Shown: positions 1-10,030 of the stretch, piece by piece
Position numbering within the stretch: position 1 is the first letter of the stretch
How the letters are laid out: each line of letters opens with the position of its first letter
From: an uncultured Phycisphaerales bacterium
Lineage (GTDB): Bacteria; Planctomycetota; Phycisphaerae; Tepidisphaerales; Tepidisphaeraceae
DNA length: 64,000 nucleotides
Direction: 5' to 3'
NCBI GenBank assembly: GCA_963755915.1
Contig: CAVWLP010000002.1
Location: 3,136,001-3,200,000 of the forward strand
Translations under genes and position numbers: made by a program
Notes under the pieces: model-generated
Databases searched by the model: none
The model's input: the letters and a program-made list of their open reading frames with translations, nothing else
What the model was told of the DNA's origin: nothing

Positions 1-1538
1 TCGTTCTGTTTCGCCGCCCGCTCGCGCTGAAGACAAAGCCCCCGCAAGTGTTGTAAACGTGATTTGGTGACATGAGCGCAGGCAAGCCGCGCCGCGGCCG
101 CTTCCAGGCAGCACCGCACATCCCATAGGTCCGCGATCTGTTCAAGAGCGCTTGCGCATTGCCGCTTTCCTTTTTGCTTCCTCGAAGCCCGATGTGAATG
201 CCACCCTTTATTCCCCCTTACCGCTGTGCCACCGATGTGATTAAAGTATCCGGTGCCGTCCTTAATCATCCGTACCGGGCCGTCGGGGGAATAGTCGTCC
301 AGCACCTGACGGGCCACATACCATGAGCGCTGATCGGGTGGTGTCTCCCACGGGAGATCAACCCAATTGCCCGTGAGCGGCGTGGGGTTGCGATAAAACG
401 CCAGCAGGGTGGATGGATTATCCGAATCGGCGGAAACCGTCATTTGAGCCGTGTGCGAGGCGCGATCGACATCGAGCTCCCTGCCATTGAGGAATGCCCG
501 GCAGTTATCCGGAACATAGGCCGAGCACTGCCCGTGACCGGTGAAATTGATTTGGAACCAGTTGCCGTCTCGGCCCACGTCCTGGCCTCGAATCCGTCTT
601 TCCTGATTCATGTAAGGAATAAAATCGGGCGGAACGCTTGTCAGGTGAAAGCGATTCTGGTCCAGCGTTGCCGTGCTGCGCAGCAGGTAAGATTTGGCTG
701 TATCCAGCGACAGCATGGTGTTGCCGTTGTAGATCAACCAATCGGAATAGAGGCCGACTTCGGGTACCCAATCGCAAAGGATTCCCGGTCCCGGCCAACT
801 CGACACGCCGCTGATGCGGGTGGCGATCCACTGCGGCGGGTCATTTGGTTTCTCGATGACAAAACCGCGCTTATTCCGCTGCTTTGCGTAATACGCGGTG
901 ACGCCGTTGTCGCCCCGGAAACTGAACAGTTTTGTGACGACATCACTCGATGAGCTGGCGGTTTCGGCGGGGACCAGGCCGCCAGTCGGATGATTGTCGT
1001 ATTGGCGGAAATCCGCACGCGGCAAACGTGAATCAGGGACGAGGTTGTATTCCTCAAACGCCTTGGCGATCTCGAGCCACGACTCTTCCTTCGCTGCCGG
1101 AGGAAGCATGAATCCCCACGATTCCTCCGCGTCCATAAGCGAATTGTCCGTAGGCTCGCTATTGACCCCTTCGGCAACCACGTTCAAGAAGCGATGAAAG
1201 ATATAACCGCTGAGGGGATGACCCAGCGGCATGTGGCTCAGCGAGAAATCCGCGTCGTGCGCGTTCATTGGATTGAACTGCTCGGTCTCGACCGCACACT
1301 GCGGATAGGCTTGCTTGATTTCCTTTTCGAGCAGCATGACGCCTTGGATGGCGGTTACGCCGTCGACCAGAAATTTCCCGCTCGGCGACAGGGATTCGTC
1401 AAGGTAAATTAAATCCACCCCTGCATCGACTGCTGGTTTCATCCTTGTAATCAGGTAATCCCTCCACGGCTTATAAGCACATGAACAATAAAGGTGGCGA
1501 TGAGCGCCCTCTATGCCGTAATACGTGTCGTTTCCGTT
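1..1538 (-). pseudogene. 5'-truncated glycoside-hydrolase-like (TIM-barrel type) protein fragment running in frame into a GntR FCD-like segment; open off the window edge
   Basis: Not in the ORF track because it has no stop before base 1. Manual translation: ...NGNDTYYGIEGAHRHLYCSCAYKPWRDYLITRMKPAVDAGVDLIYLDES... (internal ATG at 1442), GH-like 'WRDYL..MK..VD.GVD.IYLD'. The last ~50 codons read ALEQIADLWDVRCCLEAAAARLACAHVTKSRLQHLRGLC, which is FCD-like. Confidence 0.55.
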
Positions 1539-1745
1539 GCCACGCCGCTGACGCAAGCGCTGCAGGATGATGAGAATCGCTCGCGAGGCATCATCGAGCG
1601 CACGCCGATGCGCCGCTGGGGCCAGCCTGCCGACGTGGCCGGCCCGGCGCTTTTCCTGTTGTCGCGTGCCGCTTCTTTCGTTACGGGCGCAATTTTACCG
1701 GTCGACGGCGGTTTTTCGATAATGTTACAGGAATTTTCCATATGA
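1538..1745 (+). pseudogene. C-terminal fragment of a short-chain dehydrogenase/reductase
   Basis: ATPLTQAL...RTPMRRWGQPADVAGPALFLLSRAASFVTGAILPVDGG is the classic SDR C-terminus. The Rossmann GxxxGxG and YxxxK regions are absent. Confidence 0.8.
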
Positions 1746-2245
1746 CATTTGTAAACACAGTCGCAGCGCCGCTCCCCATCGACGCGGCCATGGATATTGT
1801 CGAACGCGCAATTCCCGAAGACCCTCGCGTCTGGGTTCCCCAGGCCGAAAAGGTCTGGTTCCGACCATTGATGCTCAATACCGTCAATGGCGGCTGGGCA
1901 AATCTGCTTCGCGTCCAGCGGGCCGGGGTTCTAAGCCGCCACCGCCATCCCGCGCCTGTGCACGGCTACGTCATTAAAGGCTCCTGGCGGTATCTCGAGC
2001 ATGGTTGGATCGCCGAGGCCGGCATGTACGTCTTTGAGCCCCCGGGCGAAACCCACACGCTCATCGTCGATGAAGGCGTCGAGGAGATGATCACGTTCTT
2101 CAATATTTCCGGCGCCATGATTTACCTTGACGAGGAACTGAATCAGGTGGGTTATGAAGACGTGCACACGAAAATCGAAATGTGCCGGAATCACTATAAG
2201 GCTGTGGGGCTGGGCGCCGATTACGTGAAGCGCTTCATCCGCTGA
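1742..2245 (+). CDS. Cupin, 2,4'-dihydroxyacetophenone dioxygenase-like family
   Basis: HRHPAPVHGYVIKGSWRYLEH and VFEPPGETHTL cupin metal motifs; start overlaps the SDR stop (ATGA). Confidence 0.8.
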   Translation: MTFVNTVAAPLPIDAAMDIVERAIPEDPRVWVPQAEKVWFRPLMLNTVNGGWANLLRVQRAGVLSRHRHPAPVHGYVIKGSWRYLEHGWIAEAGMYVFEPPGETHTLIVDEGVEEMITFFNISGAMIYLDEELNQVGYEDVHTKIEMCRNHYKAVGLGADYVKRFIR

Positions 2246-2280
2246 TTGCCTCCCGGTCGCGGTTTGAGACAATCTACGCA

Positions 2281-4129
2281 TTGACCGTTCGACAGCAGCT
2301 CCAACTCGGCGCGAAGCACCATCAGGCAGGCCGATTGGCCCAAGCCGAGAAAATCTATCGATTGATTCTTGAGCAGCAACCGAACTATCCCGAGGCCATT
2401 TTTTATCTTGGCAACATCCTCGCCGACAGCGGGCGACTTGATGAAGCCATCGCTTCGTACCGTCAGGCGATTCACTTAAATCCACAGCTGCTTCAAGCGC
2501 ATCACCGGCTTGGAATCCTCCTGCATCGGACAAGAAAAAACGATGAAGCTATTGCCTCCTTCCGGTGTGCCCTGCGCATAGATCCCAACTCCGCCGCGCT
2601 GCATAACGATCTGGGTATCGCACTGCGGGATGGAGGCCAGCCGAACGATGCCATCGCGGCCTACCGCCAGGCGATTTTGCTACGGCCTGACTTTGCCGTT
2701 GCCTTTAACAATCTTGGCAATCTGCTGAAAGATATGGGAAACCTCGACGAGGCGCTCGTCGCTCACCGGCAGGCGATTCGCTCGAACCCGAAATTTGCCG
2801 AGGCGCACAACAATCTCGGAAATACCTTTAAGGAAATGGCGCTGCTGCAGGAATCCGTCGAATCGTATCGCGAAGCGATCCGCCTTCGGCCGGATTTTGA
2901 CGCGGCCTGGAGCAACCTTCTTTACGCGATCCATTTTCATCCGGGTTACGATGCGGCGGCGATTTATGAGGAGCACAAGCTCTGGAACCAGCAGCGGGCG
3001 GCGGCGTTTGGGAAGGATATTCCGCCGCATCTGAATGACCGAAATCCTGATCGGCCGCTGCGGATTGGGTACGTTTCGCCGGACTTTCGGGATCATCCTG
3101 TTGGGCGGTTCCTGGTGCCGCTGCTGTCGCAGCATGACCGTGAGGGGTTCGACGTCTATTGTTACTGCGATGTCCTGCGTCCCGATGGGATGACCGAACT
3201 GCTGCGCGGCTTTGCCACGCAGTGGAGGAACATCGTGGGGATGCCGGACGATCGGCTGGCACAGGGCATCCGCGAGGACCGGATCGACATCCTGGTGGAC
3301 CTGACGATGCACATGGCCCGCAACCGGATGCTGCTGTTTGCGCAAGCCGGCGCCGGTGCAGGTGACTTATCTGGCCTACTGCTCAACGACGGGACTGGAG
3401 ACGATGGACTATCGGCTGAGCGATCCGTACCTGGATCCGCCGGAAAGTGGCGATGGGTGCTATAGCGAGAAGACAGTGCGACTGCCAGGGACGTACTAGT
3501 GTTATCCGCTGGATGAGCGAGCGCCGGAGATCGGATCATTGCCGGCACAGAGGGATGGAGTTGTGACGTTTGGATCGCTGAACATCTTCAGCAAGAACTC
3601 GCCCCAGGCGATTCAGACCTGGCTACAGCTTCTGAAGGCGGTCCCAAAGTCGCGGTTGGTTTTGCATGCGCATCCATTCAGCCATCGGCAAAAGTTACAG
3701 AACCTGCTGAAGGAGCATGGCGTTGATCCGGGACGATTGAGGTTTGTGGAGAAGCTGTCGTTCCGGAGGTACTTGGAGGTGTACCAGGAGATCGACATTG
3801 CGCTGGACCCTTTTCCGTGCGGGGGAGGGACGACGACGTGCGATGCGCTGTGGATGGGGATACCGGTGATCACGCTTGCGGGGGGGACGGCAGTGGGGCG
3901 GGGAGGGGTGAGTATCTTGAATAATGTTGGATTGCCGGAGCTGATCGCGCAGACACCGGAGGAATATGTGCGGATTGGAGCAGAATTGACGCGGGACCTG
4001 ACGAAACTCGACCAATTGCGCCAATCGTTTCGGGAAAGGATGGGGGCCTCGCCGTTGATGGATGCGCAAGGGTTTGCGCGGGATGTGGAGGGGGCGTATC
4101 GGGAGATGTGGAGGAGGTGGTGCGACTGA
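2281..4129 (+). pseudogene. TPR + GT41 (SPINDLY/OGT-like) glycosyltransferase, copy 1 (~6 TPRs); frameshift ~3341 and in-frame TAG at 3497-3499
   Basis: TPR repeats (NNLGN..., A...YRQAI.L.P), RIGYVSPDFRDHPVGRF, DIALDPFPCGGGTTTCDALWMGIPV. FARKPAPVQV is broken by a 2-nt loss, and TY*CY stands where paralogs have TYWCY. Confidence 0.85.
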
Positions 4130-4158
4130 ACAGAATGCGACACTTTGCAACACAATGC

Positions 4159-5647
4159 TAATCCCGTTCGGCACGGGGTTCGCGCAAGCAGCAAGATATT
4201 GAGATTGCGCCTTTGATCTTTTTATGGCATGCTGCCGGACGTGCAGGCAAGACTGAAGGAAAAAGAGATCCTGTGCCTCGGACATCTGCGGCGCGTCTTC
4301 GCGCTGCTGCCCACGCTGCGGGATGTGGGCTGTGAGCGGGATCGAGCCGGGAACCGCCAGCTTCACTTCGACGATTATTGCAAGCTGGTTTTGCTTTACA
4401 CCTGGAATCCGCTGATCCAATCCCTGCGGGATCTTCAGGAGGTTGCTGAAATGCCCAAGGTGGCCAAGGCGCTGGGAATTAAGCGTTTTTCCGTGGGCAG
4501 TTTCTCTGAATCGGTTCGGGTGTTCGAGCCGGGGCGTTTGACGCCGCTGATTGAGGAATTGGCGGGGGAACTGCCCCAGGCGCCGATCCGCGTCTTGCGG
4601 ACTTTGGGCAGGCGATCACGCTGGTCGACGGGACGGTGCTGACGGCGCTGAGTCGGCTGGCCAAATCCGCTTGCGGCATCGATGCGCGCTACAACACCTC
4701 CCGGGACGGGAAAGCGGTCTATGGCTGGCGTTTGCACGTTCAATTCGATCTGGAGACGTTCAAAGTCCATCGCCTCGACCGCACTGGCGCTCGCAACGCG
4801 GGGGCCAACCGTGAAAACAACGTCCTGCGGCGCAGCCTGGAAGCAGGACGGTGCTATGTAGGAGACGGCGGCTACGCCGACCGGAGCCTCTTTGCGGACA
4901 TCGCCGCGGCGCAAAGCTCCTTTGTGATGCGGGCCGCGGAAAACTCGGTGTTTGAGCTGTTTGAAGAACGATTGCTTTCACAGGAAGCATTGGACGGCGG
5001 CGTGGTGCGAGACGCGCTGGTGAAACTCGACGGCCTGGAGACGGCGGCGGATAGGGTGGTGCGACGGGTGGAAGTGCAGGTGAAACCCCATCCGCGCCGC
5101 ACGCGCAGCGGCAACAAGCCGACGGACCTGATCATCCTGTACACGAACCTGCTGGACCTGCCGGCGGAATTGATCGCCCTGATTTATCTGTACCGCTACA
5201 CCGTTGAGTTGTTCTTCCGGATCTTCAAGCAACTGCTGGGCATGCGTCACCTGCTGAGCCAACGCCAGGAGGGGATCGACATCCAAATCCACTGCGCGCT
5301 GATCGTCTGCGTGCTGATTCAGCTGATCAGCGGCAGGAAGCCGAACAAGGCGATGCGGAACATGATCGGCTGGTATCTGCTGGGGCTGGCCGAGGAACAG
5401 GACGTGCTTCGATTCCTGAACAAGCCGGATAACACCGGGATTAAGCTGAGGGCAAGAGCGGAGGCCTTGAAAAAACTGGGAGTAAACTGAAGGGGAATCC
5501 GTCGCCGCGGAGACCTCGCGGTTGATGCTGCGCTCTTGCGGACGCCGGCGTGCAGCAGGGGAAAGTAAAAGTATCTAAGCTTCAATTGTTTCGCGTCCTC
5601 CACAGCTTTGGAATGCTCCGATGAAGCCTGCGTGCCGAACGGGATTA
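4159..5647 (+). mobile_element. IS4-family insertion sequence, 1489 bp
   Basis: Perfect 17-bp terminal inverted repeats TAATCCCGTTCGGCACG (4159-4175) and CGTGCCGAACGGGATTA (5631-5647). 9-bp target duplication with one mismatch: ACACAATGC (4150-4158) / ACATAATGC (5648-5656). Confidence 0.9.
4229..5490 (+). CDS. IS4-family DDE transposase (frameshift ~4580)
   Basis: ITLVDGTVL (D1), YVGDGGY (D2), YLYRYTVELFFRIFKQ (YREK-like motif with catalytic E). Split over ORFs 4229-4642 and 4636-5490. Confidence 0.85.
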
Positions 5648-5843
5648 ACATAATGCTACACTTTTGAGAAAATTATTAGTGAATGCTAACTAATCGTTTG
5701 TGGTGTAAGACTTTGTCGGGGCGGGAGTTGGGGTGGATTTTAGATTTGAGATTTCACATTTGAGGCGAAAGGTGTTCGATTCGTCGGGTTGTCGCGTTCT
5801 TTGGTTGCTAAGGAGTGATCTATAAAGGCACTAGCCTCGGGGC

Positions 5844-8361
5844 ATGGTAGAACCTGATGTCGTGATTGTCATGAGCGATCAGCCAAAAGCACGGGAGAAG
5901 AGTTTTGTGCGCTTTTTTTTCGCTTTAGTCAGCGCTGGTTTCGCGTTGGTTGGGACGATCCGAGTTTGTCCGGGCGAGCCGGTGGTGGCGCTGGACGCGG
6001 GGTGGAAATTTGTGCGGGGCGATCCGGCGGGAGCGGAGACGCCGCGATTCGACGACGATCAATGGACATCGGTGGACTTGCCTCATGACTGGTCGATCTT
6101 CGGGCCGATTGAGGCTGACAATCCGGCCGGCAGTCCCGGAGGCTTCTTTCCGACAGGGATCGGCTGGTATCGCAAGGCATTTGACGCGCCGCAAGCCTGG
6201 TCGGGCAAGCACGTTTCGATCCAATTCGATGGCGTCTACATGCTCTGCGGTGTCTGGATCAACGGCCATAAGCTGGGGAGGCATACCTTCGGGTTCACGC
6301 CGTTTGCTTACGATCTCACATCCTTCTTGAACATTGGCGGAAAGAACGTCGTTGCCGTGCGTGTGGACAACTCGCGGCCCTTGAATTGCCGCTGGTACAG
6401 CGGATCAGGGATCTACCGGCACGTGCGGCTGGACGTGCGCGAGCCGATTCACATTGGGCAATTCGGCGTCTTTGTTCGCACCATTGAAGTATCGGCCGGC
6501 GCTGCCAGGCTCGCCATTTCGATCACTGCTGAAAACGGCAGCGACCAACTCAATCCGCGCGTTGAATACGCGACGCAGATATTCGAGGTGGGGAAGGATG
6601 GGAATCCCGTGGGGGGCGCCGTCGCGACCTCCCTTCGGGTGGGCGCAAGTTTCGGCATCATCGATCGCGTTCGCCAGCGAACAACGACGGTCGAAACCAC
6701 ATCGACGTTGCGTGACCCGAAGCTTTGGAGCCCTGAGACCCCAAATCTGTACGTGGCGGTGACGATTGCATCGATCGAGGGCCGGATTGTGGATTCGCGG
6801 CAGACGACTTTTGGGGTGCGAACGATCGCCGTCTCGGTTGAGAAGGGTTTTGTGCTGAACGGGCGGCAGATCAAGTTGTACGGCGCCTGCGTTCACGACG
6901 ACAACGGGCCGCTGGGGGTGGCGGCTTTCGACCGAGCCGAAGTGCGGCGCGTCGAACTGCTCAAGGCGGCGGGGTTTAACGCGGTGCGCTGCGCATAATC
7001 CACCGGCTCCCGTCTTTCTGGACGCCTGCGATCGTTTAGGGCTGATCGTGATTGACGAGTGCTTCGACAGTTGGACCTATGGAAAGCTTCCAGAGGATTA
7101 CAGCGTGGATTTCGACGCCAATTGGCAGTCGGACCTCGACGCCATGATCTTGCGCGACCGCAACCATCCGTCGATCGTGATGTGGAGCGTTGGCAATGAG
7201 ATTCATGACTTTGGAAGCGCGCATGCAATGCCCAATGGGACTAGAATCGTCTGCGCGCCCGCGGGCTGGATGCAACGCGATTCCTGACAACCGCGGTCTT
7301 TTGGTACCGCAATATCGGCGGTCCGTTCGATTGGACGTGGGATGATGCCGATGCGTTGATGTCGAAGTTTGACGTGGTGGGATACAACTATGAAATCAAC
7401 CGGTACGAGAGGGACCACGTGCGAGTGCCGACGCGCATCATGGCTGGGACGGAATCGTTCCCAAGGGATTTATTCGTAAGTTGGCAGTATTCGAGCAAAC
7501 TTTCCTACGTCCTGGGGGACTTTGTCTGGTCGGGAATCGATTATCTCGGCGAATCCGGGATCGGGCGCGTATTACGCCCCGAACGAAACGGTCTACCCTC
7601 ACGCGGAGCCGATCCAGTTTCCGTATCATGGTGCATATTGCGGGGACATGGACATCACCGGCTTTCGCAAGCCGATCTCATATGCGCGAAACATTGTTTG
7701 GGATCGCGGCGAGAAGCTGTATACGAGTATCACGGAACCGACGCCGGAGGGGAAAAAGATGCGCGTCGGCCCGTGGGGCGTCGTTCCGAGCCGCGCGAGC
7801 TGGACCTGGCCGGGGTATGAAGGCAAACCGCTTGAGGTGCAGGTCTATTCGCGCTATGAGGCAGTGAGGGTATACCTCAACGACGTGCTGATGGGGGAAA
7901 AGCCGACGACGGTTGCTGAGAAATTCAGGGCTGTATTCGTGGTGCGCTACGCGGCCGGCACGTTGAGGACCGCTGGGGTACAGGAGGGTAAGGAGGTCGA
8001 GAGCAACATTCTTCGCACGGCCGGGCCGGTTTTTGGGCTGCGGCTAGGCGCGGATCGAACGGAACTAACGGCGGATGGACAGGATCTGTCGTTTATTACC
8101 GTCGAGGCGGTGGATGCCGGTGGGAATTTTCAGCCAAACGGCGATCAAATGGTGAGGTTCGCCGTCGACGGCCCGGCAACGATCGCAGGGATGGCGAGCG
8201 GCGACTATGGCGAGGTGGAGGAATACCAAGGTGATCAACGGCAACTCTTTCATGGGCGAGCCGAAATTGTGATCCGCAGCACGCGCACGCCGGGAGCGAT
8301 TGCGGTCGATGCGAGTGCGGATGGGCTGGGAGAGGGGCGGTTGGGAATTGTGAGCCGGTAG
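5844..8361 (+). CDS. GH2 beta-galactosidase/beta-glycosidase, secreted (frameshifts ~6992, ~7255, ~7567)
   Basis: DLPHDWSI, GIGWYRK, RWYSGSGIYRHV, GFNAVRCAHNPP, RDRNHPSIVMWSVGNE (acid/base), GTESFP, DFVWSGIDYLGE; hydrophobic N-terminus. Start may be ATG 5871. Confidence 0.88.
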
Positions 8362-8389
8362 GTGTTGCTGACCGTGCGGTTTTGTGGGG

Positions 8390-8569
8390 GATGTGACGAT
8401 CGGCGTGCTTTGTGATGCTTCGCGATTTGTGAATGCGGAGGATCCGGTGGACTGTGACTAGTTTCGGACGGAGGTGCATGAGTCGCAGGGGTGGAGGCTG
8501 GGGCGGATTTGTACGCCGCACTATTTTCGGGATCAGATGGGGATTGAGGAGGGGATTTTGAAGGGGTGA
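8390..8569 (+). pseudogene. Degraded remnant resembling the restriction-endonuclease-like C-terminal domain of DUF4011/SF1-helicase proteins
   Basis: Manual translation DVTIGVLCDASRFVNAEDPVDCD*FRTEVHESQGWRLGRICTPHYFRD resembles 'GIxCDG...DxxR...LE..GW...RIW...WFRD'; internal TAG 8459-8461. Confidence 0.4.
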
Positions 8570-8858
8570 GGGAGTTTTTGGAGGGGGAGGCGCCACCGGA
8601 TGCGCTGCGGGTGACGGCGGGGTGACGGGGTATGTTTTTCGGGCCGATGGGGTATTGGGCCGGGGTACGCGGGGAATCACCGCGGCGCGTCTCGACAGGG
8701 CTCGACGAAGTCGGTGGGCGTTTCGGGATGAGATTGACTCATTGCCGAACTTTGAGAAAAAGGGTGAACTTTTCGGGGCGGGGTCCGGGGGAACGCCGGG
8801 AGAAAACGAAGAAGATTTGGTCGATGGGTGATAAGATGTCTGTGGAAAAACAGACCCT

Positions 8859-10004
8859 GTGAAAGAGCATCGCGTTGGCATCATCATGAACGGCGTCACC
8901 GGACGCATGGGGACGAACCAGCATTTGGAACGGTCAATCATGGCCATCCGCAAGCAGGGTGGGATAAGTGCGGGTGATGGAATTGTTATCGTTCCTGAAC
9001 CGATTCTTGTGGGGCGAAATGTGCGGAAGCTGAAGCAGCTTTCCGAGCGGCATGAGGGGATTGCCTATTCGACGGATGTGGAGGCGGTTCTTGGCGATCC
9101 TCATTACCAGGTTTATTTTGACGCATTGTCGACGCCACTGCGATTCGATGCGGTTAGCAGGGCGTTGGATGCGGGGAAACATGTCTATTGCGAAAAACCT
9201 GTTGCGGCCACGAGCGCCGGGGCGATAGCGCTGGTGAAAAAAGCGGAGGCGGGGGGGCTGAAAAACGGGGTGGTTCAGGACAAGCTTTGGGTGGCGGGAA
9301 TTTTGAAACTCAAGCGGCTGATCGATTCGGAGTTCTTTGGGAGGATTCTGTCGGTACGCGGGGAATTTGGATATTGGGTATTTACCGGCGAAGACCAACC
9401 GGCGCAGCGCCCGAGCTGGAACTACCGGGCGGAGGATGGGGGTGGAATTATCGTGGATGTGCTTTGCCACTGGCGGTATTTGATCGACAACCTGTTCGGC
9501 AACGTCGTGAGCATCTCATGCCTGGGAGCGACGCACATCGACCAGCGTGTGGACGAAAATGGACGGAGATACAAATGCACCGCTGATGACAGCGCCTATG
9601 TCACGATGGTGACGGACAAGAATGTGGTGTGCACGTTCAACTCGTCGTGGTGCGTGCGGGTGAGGCGAGATGATCTTTTGACTTTGCAAGTGGATGGAAC
9701 GGAAGGCTCGGCGGTGGCGGGTCTGCGCGAGTGCAAGATTCAACATGCTGCGACGACGCCAAAGCCGGTATGGAATCCTGATATCGACAACCCGATCGAT
9801 TTTTATAACGGGTGGTCAAGCGTTCCCGCGAATCAGCATTACGACAACGCGTTTAAGATGCAGTGGGAATTATTTTTGCGTCATGTGGCGGTCGGCGGGG
9901 ATTTCAAGTGGACGATGCGTGAGGCGGCCAAAGGGATTCAAATGGCGGAATTGGCGATCGAATCGTGGAAGCAGAGGAGATGGGTTGATATACCGGATCT
10001 GTAA
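8859..10004 (+). CDS. Gfo/Idh/MocA family oxidoreductase
   Basis: IIMNGVTGRMG, GKHVYCEKP, RPSWNYRAEDGGGIIVDVLCHW. Confidence 0.88.
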   Translation: MKEHRVGIIMNGVTGRMGTNQHLERSIMAIRKQGGISAGDGIVIVPEPILVGRNVRKLKQLSERHEGIAYSTDVEAVLGDPHYQVYFDALSTPLRFDAVSRALDAGKHVYCEKPVAATSAGAIALVKKAEAGGLKNGVVQDKLWVAGILKLKRLIDSEFFGRILSVRGEFGYWVFTGEDQPAQRPSWNYRAEDGGGIIVDVLCHWRYLIDNLFGNVVSISCLGATHIDQRVDENGRRYKCTADDSAYVTMVTDKNVVCTFNSSWCVRVRRDDLLTLQVDGTEGSAVAGLRECKIQHAATTPKPVWNPDIDNPIDFYNGWSSVPANQHYDNAFKMQWELFLRHVAVGGDFKWTMREAAKGIQMAELAIESWKQRRWVDIPDL

Positions 10005-10030
10005 GGCGAAATTTGTGACGGACGTTTCGT

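Noticed and set aside
444-1412. Plus-strand ORFs 444-953, 994-1197 and 1194-1412
   Set aside because: Shadows of the long minus-strand frame 1-1538; no recognisable motifs.
3497-3499. Pyrrolysine or amber recoding
   Set aside because: Single case at a conserved Trp, TAG is used as a normal stop elsewhere (e.g. 8361, 24658, 32703) and there are no pyl genes.
4560-4642. Programmed -1 frameshift in the transposase
   Set aside because: No slippery A6G-type heptamer, IS4 transposases are normally single ORFs, and similar indels occur throughout the window.
5660-5830. AT-rich stretch with ATTTGAGATTTCACATTTGAG and a weak dyad after the IS
   Set aside because: Could be promoter or short-repeat DNA, but too degenerate to call a recombination site or ncRNA.
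8096-8953. 285-aa Pro-rich minus-strand ORF
   Set aside because: Artefact of the G-rich plus strand; overlaps two real genes.
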